The translations under genes and the position numbers were made by a program. A stretch of 56,437 nucleotides of DNA, filler included, from Sphacelaria rigidula (Eukaryota), in NCBI GenBank assembly GCA_964200075.2. It is 6 parts of 6 records of this genome, joined end to end, with 100 filler letters (N's around TTAATTAATTAA, not from the genome) between each part and the next. Parts side by side here need not be neighbours in the genome. Positions count along the whole stretch, not along the records: positions 28,270 to 37,592 come from CAXNAA020008750.1; positions 37,693 to 47,015 come from CAXNAA020008751.1; 4 more parts are not named here. One strand, written 5' to 3'. Positions within the stretch are counted from its first letter, which is position 1, and every line of letters starts with the position of its first letter. Below, one piece after another: positions 35,101-46,300 of this stretch. The notes under the pieces are model-generated. The model made no database searches. It had not been told where the DNA came from and saw nothing but the letters and a program-made list of their open reading frames with translations.

Positions 35101-36297
35101 TGGTATTACCATCATGATGATGAATGCTGATGATGATGACGGTATGGAAATGTATACCAAAGACAGCTCTGCTAACATATTCCATTGAGAAGAACAGCAA
35201 TAACAATTGACAATTAAGTTTTGTAATGCAACAGGTTGCGTGTTCGGCTGAGGGGGCGATGTGTCTTTTGGAGGTGGGGGTGGTAATCGGCGTAGCGGAG
35301 AGCGAGCGCATGAAGACCGCTAGCGAGATTGCCATGAGGGCGTCCAAGCTTGGTGCTCTTGGGTCGGAGACTGCAATGGGAGGCGACAAGGTGATGACGA
35401 CAACAAGTGTCTGCTGAGGAAAGTTGGGGGCAGTTTGAAACGCTCGTGCAGTTGTGGCCATCGCAGACCCTTCACCTTCCCCTTGCGCGCAGCTAGTTGG
35501 AGCCGTACAAACGTATGCGTCCATGGTAAAAGCAAGATGAAGAAGTGTTATTCAAAGACCCGTGGGAAGGAAGCAGGCGGAAGAGGGAAACGAAAAGACG
35601 CAGCTGGCCTGGCGTGCTCTGCCCTCTCCTGCCAATTGTACTTGTTAGGTGTTTCATGCTGAAAGGGGCTTCAAGCATGTTGTGCATTTCATTTTGTGTT
35701 CGTGTTGGGTCACTTTTGATATTTTTATCAAATGTACATACATTTATACTTTTCCTGATTTCATGGGAGGGGGGGTTGTACATGGGAGGGGGGGGGGGGG
35801 GGGCTTCTCTATTGTGCCCGGGGGGGTGTACGGGGGAAGAAACAGGTTTTGTGTAGTATTTAGCTTGGGTCCGTCTNNNNNNNNNNTGTTTTTGTTGTGG
35901 TTGGAGTGTTTTCATGTGTTGTTTTTTGGTTTTGATCGTGGGAGGGTGGTGGGTGAGGGTGGGGGGGGGGGGGGGTCTTCTCTATTGTGCACGGTGTGGT
36001 GTACCGGCGAAGAAACAGTTCTTGTGTCATATGTAGCTTGGGTACGTCTGTCTCCTGGCCCATGGCTGAATCCTATATTTTTCGGGAACCAGTTCACGTC
36101 AGACCATGAACCGAACAATAAATTGTTGTGTGTATCCGCATGAGCAGGGAAGCGGAGAATTTCAGGCTGAAGGACCTTCGTCGCTCCGAGTGTTACTCAT
36201 CCCAGGTCTACTGGTGCTGCAGGCGATGCTTGCGTCTCTCCCGAATAATGTGACGCTGGCGGATCAGGCAGCCGACTTCTTGTGCCGTCACGCTCAG
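29146..36297 (+). CDS. NUP205: Nuclear pore complex protein Nup205-like, internal exons 29146-29248, 29785-29987, 34635-34775, 35235-35390, 36148-36297
   Basis: Phase-consistent (1,0,0,0). The peptide LNEDARYGPNISQCLALTLLSSIL...LLQFLQSKGFFLDL...LEAVLGLFTQVACSAEGAMCLLEVGV...LLIPGLLVLQAMLAS...DQAADFLCRHAQ follows the Nup205 C-terminal motif order (DA.DG...LAL.LL; L.YL...GYL; YE....LTRVA...GA..LL..G; LLP.L.L...L..; Q...FL..H), recalled not searched. Confidence 0.75.
29467..29788 (+). repeat. 160-nt tandem duplication of an intron 3' end
   Basis: Copies at 29467-29626 and 29627-29788, each ending ctaac...cacacag|gacc. Confidence 0.9.
31105..33317 (+). mobile_element. 5'-truncated, decayed non-LTR retrotransposon (LINE family A): reverse transcriptase plus C-terminal CCHC-like motif, in a Nup205 intron
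   Basis: RT motifs FTRDEV..KLKNKKTAGADGIVNE, PGNYRGITLLS, AGFRPNRSCVDH, FLDMQKAY, GVAQRCTLSP, IFADG(D) and YTYLG, plus CLCGKAIESRSHIVAEC. Several stops and frameshifts. TSD-like ccccttcctttt at 31093-31104 and ~33335-33346. Confidence 0.93.
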
Positions 36298-36352
36298 GTG
36301 CTGCTGCTGCTGCTGCTGCTGCTGTCTATGTTGTTGCTGGTGTTGTTGTTCT
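36298..36352. repeat. (CTG/TTG)n microsatellite directly after a splice donor
   Basis: Read directly from the sequence. Confidence 0.85.
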
Positions 36353-36486
36353 TATTTTTCTTCGTCTTATAATTATCATGCTTTGCATTACTTTTTTTTT
36401 TCATGATCATTATCATTATGATCATTACTCCTACTCTGTGGTACAGTATATAACCACGGCATCACTACTGAAAAAACAGCAGGACT

Positions 36487-36724
36487 GACACTTTCTACGA
36501 TAGCCCCCCCCCCCAAAACCAGCTAAAAGTGTCACGAAAAAAATGGCGATGTTCGGGTTCAGGCTGCATGAAGCGCCTCATATTGGCGACATTGGCTAGA
36601 ACGAACCCAAGCGTGGGGATTCCCAGCTTCTGGTTGTGCTCGGCTTTTCCCAGTTCGAGTTACGTGAAGATTTCGCCTCCCAAAACCATGCACTTTTGGG
36701 GGGAGGGCTATCGTTGAAAGTGTC
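36487..36724. mobile_element. MITE, GACACTTTCTACGATAG TIR family
   Basis: TIRs gacactttctacgatagccc / gggctatcgttgaaagtgtc with flanks gact/ggct. Inverted relative to the 42617 copy. Confidence 0.85.
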
Positions 36725-36737
36725 GGCTCTCTACGGT

Positions 36738-36900
36738 ATACGTCACGCGTACGTTACACGTCACAAACGTCACGTCACAAGGTTGTGACGTGACGTGACG
36801 TACCGTAAGTTTGTCACAGACGTCACAATGTGACGTGACGTGACGTATAATTTCAAAGACGTCACATATTGTGACGTAACGTGTAACGTGAACAGTCCTG
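36738..36900. repeat. ACGTC/GTGAC subterminal-type repeat array ending in a hAT-like terminus (gaacagtcctg)
   Basis: 13 TGACGT/ACGTCA hexamers in ~140 nt. Confidence 0.7.
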
Positions 36901-38008
36901 AAAAAACGAAAACAGCATCTGTGGTTGATGATGTTGCTCCTGCTTCACCTGTGATGGTTAGTCCTCTCGGGGCCTTTTTTTTTAAACATACTATGAATCC
37001 ACAACCCCACGAACGTTACAGAGACCCAAAATACTGACCGGGCCGCTGAAAGACATGGTGTGTGGGGTGTAATAAGGTAAAAACCACCACAGAGCAGCGT
37101 AGTCATTTTGTTTACCGTCCGCTGTGAAAATTTGAGAGGTTACAAAGCATGCCACCGGTGTGAACCGTGGCTGCATAGTAGTATAGTATAGTTATTAGCA
37201 GTGATCATATTAATATCCGTATCGGTCACTGTCGATATCAGTACGGGTATCACTGTCATTACACATTATGGTTGCCATGATATTTTTGTGTGTCGAGAAG
37301 AGTTTTTTTTTCATCTTTGTTGTGTCCTTCGAAAACTAATTAATCGGTGGACGTGACGCATGTACACACGGCAACATGTATTAGCACGGCACCACGTCTC
37401 TTTGCCTCCACAAAAATAAGTTGCACGCAAGGTTGGGGTCGTTTTACTTTGAAAAAAACGGCGTGCCCTCTCATTGAAAGTAGACTCCACCTCAAGCTAC
37501 ATGTTACCCCCCTTCCCCCCCCGATGGCGAGGCACTCATGAGGCAGTGTATGAGCTGTGGCTGTCTCAGGAAGTAGAGATACCATCACATAGNNNNNNNN
37601 NNNNNNNNNNNNNNNNNNNNNNNNNNNNNNNNNNNNTTAATTAATTAANNNNNNNNNNNNNNNNNNNNNNNNNNNNNNNNNNNNNNNNNNNNCGTCCCGG
37701 CTTTGTAGGGATGCGAGACCAATGGTCTGATGACTATGGCATGCATGATCATGAGTACACCCCCCAATGGGTTCAACTGAGTACGCTCGCCCCCCCCCCC
37801 AATGGGGTTGGCGTCAGTTGGCAAGGACATCGTAAAACACGCCAACCACTGCGGAAGCTAGGCAACCAGGTTCCCGTTTGTTTTTGCTTGCGTTTTTTGA
37901 GGTAACCATGATGGTGGTTGAGCCAGATCATATTGTGCGAGGTGGAGAACCTGAACTCTGCGCGAAGGGGATGCTTATATACTACTCAGTACTTTGATGG
38001 GGAGACAA

Positions 38009-38295
38009 CCATAAGGCAGCGTAGCCTGTGGCTGTCGCGGGAAGTGGCTACATCAGAAATTAAAGCAACTCACTCGAAGCTGCCATCCATATGCAAAACA
38101 ATGAGTGCGCTTCGGACCAAACAAACTTAGCAGGATGCAGGTCAATTCTCATGCGACTTCCCGAACACATCACGGCGCTTCGCGCTTGGTGATTGCGGGC
38201 GAGGTCCTGCGAAAACCCGGCGTGCTCCGTCCCCGCTTTGTAGGAACGCGAGGTCGACGGTCTTCATAACTACGGCATGCAAGATCATGAGTACA
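38009..38295 (+). mobile_element. Family B repeat, longest copy (~290 nt); other pieces 37535-37592, 37693-37759, 28103-28169(-), 46962-47015(-), 17895-17909
   Basis: Shared body and 3' end gcatgca(a/t)gatcatgagtaca followed by a C-run. Confidence 0.8.
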
Positions 38296-38390
38296 CCCCC
38301 CGTGCATCAGCACCCTCCCCTTCCACCTCCTCGCGTCCTCCCCCACTGCCGTCTCCTTCCCCGCGCCACCTTAATCACCTATCTCCCCAG

Positions 38391-38527
38391 GCTCTGTCGT
38401 TGTCCGCAGGCGTCGGGGCAGTAAGCGCTACGGCCGGTGGCGTGCCCTTTAGCTCGGTCGTTGGTGCGTGGACAGCGACTATTAGCGCCGTCTTCGCCTT
38501 TGCCCTGGAGCATTCAAGCTTGTCCAG
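38391..38527 (+). CDS. Isolated exon of an unidentified gene (ALSLSAGVGAVSATAGGVPFSSVVGAWTATISAVFAFALEHSSLSR)
   Basis: Pyrimidine tract plus CCCCAG acceptor, open GC-rich frame and CAG|GT end. No partner exons identified. Confidence 0.5.
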
Positions 38528-38529
38528 GT

Positions 38530-39934
38530 TAGAGGTGGGCACCCGATATCAAGACGAAAAACCGGTTACCGGATAAGGAGGCATTATTTTGAAAAACAAA
38601 AAACCGGTTTAACCGTTTTTTTCAGCCGGTTTAACCGGTTCACCGGAAAACCGGTTTAAACTGATAAGCAAGGGAAAACGCCTCCAAATGATTGAAATGT
38701 AGGTGAGTTCGGCGTTGTTGTCGTATGTTTCGTGTGTGGTGGGTGATGGATACTCTCAAATACACCCATTGCCGGTAACGGCAAGGTTCAATCTCACACC
38801 TCCGCACTCCGCACCCATGCAACACCTGTCGAACTTTACAGCACAGTGGCTGACGACTGGTTACAAAGAGTTTTATGCGTGACAGGAAATGGTGTTCGTG
38901 ATTACGTGAACAGCTGCTGTTCAAATCTTGCACCTATCCCCAGCAAACACAGGGTGTCAAAAGTAGAAAATACAAACTATACTCCGAAGTAGTAGATAGT
39001 AGTGTGAACCTGAACCGTTCTTTTTCTAGTTTCTTCGTCATCGGCGATTTTCTCAGGCTCTTCCGCTTGTCACCGCCCATCACATTGGGGATTTGAAGAT
39101 ACTTGTATCCGCTCCACATTCAATGAAAACAAAAACCATCTGTACTCAACATTGGTTGACTTACGGGCTGACCGATCATCGGGGGTCCTGCAAGTTTTCA
39201 GCACAGATTTTGACTCTTTGGAATTTTAGGTCGATCGAGCCTGTCCCGATCGTTGTTGTAAAGAAATGTACAGTAATATATATTTTTAATTCTACCTGCT
39301 CACTGCACCAGAGCCGAATAACTGTGTTTCACGGTCAATAATACCCTCCTTATAAACGGGGTATCTGCTCCTATCGCCCGATAACACTACGTAACACTAC
39401 TTGGGCACTGTTTTTTTAGGATTATCTGCTCATTTTACCAAAATGTACCGACGCTAGCACCTTAGAGCTCTATCGAAGGGTAGTACGCGAGAATACCCCC
39501 ACGTGAGCACTGTCGTCCTCGATGTCGATCGGCACTTCGCTCATTTTGCCTCGCGGCAGTCTCGAGTACGTAAGTGTGTTTCTCACCTCCGCAGTATTGT
39601 GGTCTCTGCGAGCTGACTCTTATGTGTAAGGTGTAAGGGTGACGTGTAGTATGGCGTGTAGCGTGTGACGTGTCGTATGCCACGCTTTCGCCACGAGCTA
39701 CGAGCACCAATTTTAAACTTCACAATTGAACCGGTTAAACCGGTTCGCCGGGAAAACCGGTTTAACCGCCATAATAACGCCTCCTTTTGCCGGTTAAACC
39801 GGTTTTCCGGTGAACCGATTTAACCGGCAAAAAAATCCTCCGGTTTTATTTTTTCATAACCGTAACCGGTTAACGCCTTTTGGGGTTTCCAAAAAACGGT
39901 TATAACCGTTTTTTTTCCCAGGTGCCCACCTTTA
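38530..39934. mobile_element. Non-autonomous hAT DNA transposon (1405 nt)
   Basis: TIR TAGAGGTGGGCACC / GGTGCCCACCTTTA. Perfect 8-bp TSD GTCCAGGT (38522-38529, 39935-39942). Dense subterminal AACCGGTT repeats at both ends. Confidence 0.93.
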
Positions 39935-42616
39935 GTCCAGGTAAACCATGTTGTATCCAATTAACCCCTGATCATTGACGCCCATGTTCTGTGCGGAGTG
40001 CGGGGATATAGGGTCGGTGACGAGCGTGAGATGTAAACACCAAGACAGTAGACGATGTCGCGATTTTTGTTTAGATATGACCAATAGCTTAACATGCGTA
40101 TACTCAACAGCGAGTATAAACTGACAAGACGGTCGCCCACACACGTCCGGCCCGGAAAACAGAACTCAGCAACAGTGCCCACGATGCACGTGCACACCGA
40201 GAGCGCGTTTCGAAGGGGCTTTCTCATGAGTACGGCGATGTGAGCGTTGTCAGATTTGACCCGCAGCTTTTCTCATACATCTTGACTCGCTTTCGAGGTT
40301 CACGGAGTGCAACTCGAAGGAGAGGGGCTTCTCATGAGCGATCCACTCGTGCATGTACCTGTGAGCGCGCACTGTGGCGGTGCATGCATGTTTGCGCGGT
40401 GTTGGCACGATAAATGTCGATCATCTGAAAGGTGCAAAGCACATTACACAGAATGAAAATTCCTGAAATGTTTTTTTGGGATGCGTATCAATGTGCTTGG
40501 TCCAGGTCAGTCGTAAAAAGGTCGACAATTCCGCGGAAGTACACGGATTTTCGCATTGAAGATATCCACATGTGTGGGGGAACAAAACGCCTTCGAGCAG
40601 ACAGGATGTCATCTACCTGGAACGTTTTCACGCACTATACTATGATACGTACTCTTGGAACAGAGTGCTTGCGGCTCACTTGTCCTCAGGAGCAGCATGT
40701 TCATCGCGTCGATCGATTGTCCAATGTTCGCTGCCACCTTGTCGAGATCCTCATAGTCGTCCTTTGCCGAAACAGGTTTCGTCGTGAAGCTGGGATACAG
40801 GGCATGAGCGAGCGACTGGGACAAGATGGGGCAGGTAGTATTCTTGCCGCTGTGGGTTTAAGCGTACGCATGATTGCGTCTAACACCGGGCGTCGCAACG
40901 AATGCGTTGCATTCCGGGATTGGACTTGATATAAATGCATGAACTACTTTCTATCCATAGTCTTGATGACACAGCTCCGACGGCATCCAATGTACCCCAT
41001 GGGGAAACGCTGCCGATGTAGGCAGCAAAACAATTCAAATCAGGTTGTTGAATAATGAAAAATAACATATCCACGAGCGGATAACTGCGCTCGCTTACGC
41101 TCGCCCGGGGATGTAGCTACAAGCACGTGCGACACTCGCACGCGATTCAGTGAATTTTGGCAGATGATCTTCACGAATAAGGCGGTCATGCACATTTTTG
41201 CCACCGCGTAATGACCCAAGCGCTCGGGTCATGGTTACTTTCCTGTCATTCGCAGGTTACCCCGAGCGATGCCGGTCTCAAAGCGAGACGGAATGGCTGC
41301 CTGGCTTCCCGTCCTCTCCCACCGCGGGGGACAACAGCCGAGGACAAGTAAACCCATGTCGCCCCCCAACAACTGGTGGGTTCAATGCATTATTCGCTGT
41401 TTTGTTTGTTGGACACCGCACACGGAGGTTGAACAAATGGCTCATTTTCTCCCAAAACAGCGGAGCAGGGAGGGGCGGATGCGCATGGCATTCTATCATT
41501 TCCTATCATGCGTAGGCGGTAACACCGATGATGCATTGCGTGCCGGCAGTGCTGTAAGGGCACCGGCATGGCTGTATGTTTTGCTGCCCCAAACTGAGTG
41601 TGCACAAATGGCGCTTAAAAGTCGAAGATCGAACCATGGAATTAAGAGAACAACCGTGGACAAACTATCTTGCCTCCCGCCAGCCGCGCTTTCGGGTGTC
41701 ATGCACCTCCTTCCCCGTCCTTTGTCCCCTCGCATTAGAGTCACTAGGTCGACAGCGCGTACACGGTGGCGAAGGCGAGGCCCAAGGACCCACTATGATG
41801 TAAGTGTCACCGTACGTTTCGATGGACGCATACCGTTATTTGTATATACTCGCGGTTGCACCGTTCTCCCGTGGCGTTGTATGATTTTCGATGTACGGGT
41901 GTTGATGAGGAGACAAAGGCATCGACGGGTGTTGCATGCCTTTCTATAAGATCACCCATCCGCACATCGGGAGTATTGTAAGAGCGACAGGAGCTACGGT
42001 ATCGAATCGTGTTTTAGGCATCCATCGGCTGGTACTTATCAGCAACGTTGCGTTCTCCCCAGAGAAAACTACCAAATAAGGCCCTGTCAGCATTTTTCCT
42101 TTTTGTATGTCTTGTTTGTATGCGCGGAGGGTATGCGCCGTTCGAGTCAAATATACATGTGCCTTAAGGCACGCGCGGTTTTTTGCCCTGGCGAGCTGCT
42201 CGTGACGGCCATCGACGGCAGTGATAGGTCCTCGCGCAACACCATATTTGAGCCAGATCAAGAAGGACACCTTCGAGAGGCGGAGAATGCATCTGAAGTT
42301 CATTCGTGCTATCCTCACAGGCCTCTTTCTTCACGTTTCCACGCTTTGGAGCAACGGGAAATCTGGGGAACGTATTTTGAGCTGTTCCGGTTGTCGTGCG
42401 ACTCTCTCTTAATCTTCCCACTATTTCTCGTTCCTGTAGAAAATGCATGTGCTTCGTGTCATCGTCTCCTCTCGGTTTATTGGCCTGTATGTTTAAGGAT
42501 GGTGGAAGGGATGGGCGCGTTTGTTCGGGATGATCAGTATCGGTATCATTCACATCACGACTTCTTTCATATTTCTCGGGTTCACGCAACCATTCCTCTA
42601 TCCAACGGGGAACACT

Positions 42617-42865
42617 GACACTTTCTACGATAGCACCCCCCCAAAAGTGCCTGGTTTGGGGAGGCAACATGTTCACGTAAAATCGAAACGGAGGAAGCCG
42701 AGCACAATGAGCAGCTGGGAATTCCCACGCTTGGGTTCGTTCTCGCTAATGTCGCCCATTTGAGGCGCTTCATGCAGCCTGAACTCAAGTATCAGGCGCT
42801 GTATTTCCATATTTTTCGTGACACTTTTGGGCTGGTTTTTGAGGAGGGCTATCGTAGAAAGTGTC
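42617..42865. mobile_element. MITE, GACACTTTCTACGATAG TIR family, 4-bp TSD CACT
   Basis: 18-bp perfect TIR. CACT at 42613-42616 and 42866-42869. Inserted in the transposase relic. Confidence 0.92.
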
Positions 42866-43280
42866 CACTGTCGAACCTGACCAACGAGGTTCTTCACAAA
42901 ACACCGGTGAATCTTCGCGAGGGGCAGGCAGAGGGCGTTGCGCTCCCGAGCAAGCTTAACCTACACATGGACAACTAACCCGGAGGTAACAATAACAAGT
43001 CAAGGTTCTTACGTGTTGTTGGCGTTTCACGGAGCGAGTCAAGAGGAGGCGGTGGGGCTCCGTACGGTTTGGCTTCCAAACGGGAACAGCTCGGCTTTTC
43101 CACGGAATAGCTGCGGCCTTCATCACCTGACGACCACATATGCGCGAAAGCTCATTCCCGTTCTATGGTACACTTTGGTGCTCGGCACAATCTCTGCGTC
43201 GTTCGTTCGCCACCTGTCGGGTGCTGAGGCGCCTCGGTCATGATGTCCCGTGAATTTCCCAACCCACATGTCAACGGTTC

Positions 43281-43380
43281 ACGGGTGGCCACTGGGGTGC
43301 CTGCAACCTCGAAATTGGACGTTTGCACGAGGTCTGTAGCGTCCAATTTTGAGGTTGCAGGCACCCTAGTGGCCACCCGT
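43281..43380. mobile_element. 100-nt palindromic MITE
   Basis: ~40-nt arms acgggtggccact(g/a)gggtgcctgcaacctc(g/a)aaattggacg with 2 mismatches. Confidence 0.85.
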
Positions 43381-46300
43381 AATATCATGGTACAAAAGTT
43401 GCCCCGAGTTATTGTAGATACTAGTTATATCCTGTGTGCCACTTCAGGTGTTTTCCGGGGATATCTCCACTTACTCGCGTATTTCCAAGATTTCGACGTC
43501 ATTGTGCTGCATTTGGGCTTGAAGGGTCACACCCTTGACGGTGAGTGCCCCCTTGCCCGCCGCGTGATATTTCGTAAGCGGGGCTACACTTCCCTTGTGC
43601 GTCGCTCTGTACTATTAGTGATGGAACAATCGCTGTACGAGCTGTAGCACTCGGTGGGCACAATCGGCTCTATGCAAGTGAGGTGGGTACAGCAATGTCG
43701 TACACTCTACAATTACCTACACATTGGTGCTGAGCGCCCCAGTTTCCTCGCCAAAAGTCTGCTCTCCTCCGTCCTGTTTGTTGATACATGCGCGGGCGCG
43801 CATCGCATCGAATGCTGCGGACATCGATTGTGGGAGCTGACATGGATCAAGAGTTTTCTAGGTGAATGGTGCTCCTCCCGGTCGCGCGTCTCGAATTGGT
43901 TGGCCGCGTCTTAGGCAGTAGGACAAACATGCTAGACAAACCAGTTGCCTGATTTTGGTTTTTACAATGACGAGCTTGGATCTAATCGAATTTTACAAGA
44001 GGAGACTTCCAAAAATCGGCAAGATGGAGGGTGGTATCGCAGTCAACACACGCCGTTCAGACTCAGCCTGAAAGACGTGAAACACGCCGTACGTATGACT
44101 GAGGCGCTTGAAATATAGACCACGTCGTCGTTGTCGTGTGATGATGTGAACACCGTTCCCCCTATTACCCCTGACGACGTAGTCGCTGTCAAGCCACCAT
44201 TCCTCTTTGCTATAAGGGTCGGCGTGAACCTGAAGGCACGCAATGTCCTTACTCGTAAGAACATCAGGGAGCTCATCGCAAACCCAACAAGTCTTCCTTC
44301 CCCACCAAGCTTTCCTACCTCCATCACTGCGCGAACGTTTGAGACCTCCTAGCTCCTTGCACGCTCGAAACCCCTCACGTGAAGAAACCCCAGGCGTTCC
44401 GCATCGTGACCGACCCGAGCCCCTACGAAGTCAAGACGCAGATTCAACACCATGGGTACGAAGACCGGTGGGGCATGGTAGACAGTTGGGCCAACGGTCG
44501 TGTTGTAGCTTGTGATGGCCGCCTTCTTCCCTTTGTCACTTTCTTCATGCACAAAGCTGTGGGCACAGGAGACCCGGAAGGTAGTGGCCGTTCGGTTACC
44601 CAAGTGGGGTCTGTCATGCGTTGTTTGCGACTGGAATGTCATGGAAGAGGTGGACACGTATTTGTAGTTACTAGCACGCTTCTCGCCCGCGTCGAGGTTG
44701 GTTGATTTTTGCGTTATTTATTGTCTCGTGCTGCCGCAGGGACGTCAACTACGCTCCTGGGTACATGGTTATGATGAAGAGCTGGCCCAACCTGGTCGAC
44801 GCGATCCTGTGCCCGCGGGAAGAGGTGGGCGAGAGGACCCTCGACCAACGTCGCCTGGCGTGGGCCTCTGCCAGGGAGCGCATTAAAGCGATTGTGTTGT
44901 CATACAAGCATGTGTCACACGAACGTACGGTAGGTAGTGTCATTATTTAGATTTGCAAAAACACATGTGCACAAAAGTTTGCACACGCTCATGAGGCGGT
45001 GGTCCGTGAAGGTCGTCACCAGCTGCCATATTCGCACTGAATCTCGCCCATCTACAAACGTTTAGGTGAATTGAACACAGGCAAAGCTAACGTGTCCTCT
45101 TTTTTCCTGCCTTGCTCTCCCAGCCACAAGCCAGACAATCGACGAAGTGACCACGGGGTACTTTAACGAAATTGCCGAGTTGCGTATGTTCGACCCCGAG
45201 GACTTTGACTGGAACAGGCAAATGTGTCGGTCAATTCCAGCGGAGGAGACACTGGAGGAGCAACTGTTGGAGTCGGGGCTGGACGGCCGCGGGGGGTGAT
45301 CCGCGGCCGTGGTAGGGTGGGCTGTCGTCGTCGCGGGACGGATCAAGCAGCGGGGGTGGGGTCTATGCACTAGACTGGCGGCCGGAGCCATGCACGATAT
45401 TTTCGATGACGGCGGGGGATTCGGTCCGACTGCCAGGAGGGAAAACTCTGGAGGTCAAGACTAGCGAGGGGAGAAAGGAAATGACCGGTCACTAGTACTC
45501 CCCTGACTAACTCCGTTCTGGAGAACGACGGAGCGAGTAAGGGCGGAGGATGCGATCACCAGATCCTCTCGTGGAAATCGCGCCGGTGCAGATACGGGCA
45601 AGGAATCTGTGGAAGCGGCATGCTTTATTTTGGACAGGCTGAACACCAGCGGCAGACTGCCCCGAGTCGTGTAGGACGCCGTAACTAAGCAAGTTCCGCC
45701 CCCTGGGGAGGAGGAGGAGGGAGAAGAACACGACGGGTAAGAATACGACAACGAGGAGGGTGGGCGGTGGCTGAGGTGGGTGACGACTTGGGTCGGTTGT
45801 TGCCGACAGTGGTAGTTGGCCTCCCACTTGAGAGCGATATGGGTGCCACACTTGAGACACGGTCGCCTGCCACGCAGAGACCGGAGCCATGGGCGAGGGG
45901 TTGGCTGTCTGCTGCCTTTCCAGAGAACGACGCTATACTTAAAATAGCATCCGCTTGACGTGTGTATTGTGACGTTTCAAAATATAGATATCAAAGACTG
46001 GGCAGATTTCGTGCTTGCAACGCCAGCATTTACGTGATGGCGGCATGATGTAGAGCTCTATTGTGTAGATCCAAAATCCTGCTCAATTATCGAGACATTC
46101 AATAGCCCAAGTAGCGCATGAATGATGTTTTCGTATCAATATTTGGAGTGAGGTTCTATTGCCATTTGTTTAGGAGAGTAAAAACGTTCAACTTCAGCAT
46201 CTGCGTAATAACGGAGTAATGTCGCTCGGTGTCCTTGTAGATTTCATGGGGGGATTTTCACTTCCCATTCGTTTTACACGCGAACATGATGTAAACATTC

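Larger units (their letters stand above)
42140..45960 (+). pseudogene. Intron-containing Sola-like (DUF7869-type) DDD transposase pseudogene
   Basis: Motifs appear in order: LVTAIDGSD (42211), NLTNEVLHKT..LPSKLNLHMDN*PGGNNNK (42870-43000), GYLHLL..FDVIVLHLGLKGHTLD (exon 43448-43540), ADMDQEFSR (25-nt exon 43837-43861), VGVNLKARNVLT (44217 onward) and KKPQAFRI. Many stops and frameshifts. Outer limits are approximate. Confidence 0.72.

Noticed and set aside
35765-36050. Tandem duplication around the 10-N gap
   Set aside because: The two copies flank an assembly gap next to poly-G, so they are probably overlapping low-quality contig ends.
38560-39910. AACCGGTT or ACGT short-repeat arrays as CRISPR or iteron-like loci
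   Set aside because: No constant repeat-spacer period and no cas genes. They are transposon subterminal repeats in a eukaryote.
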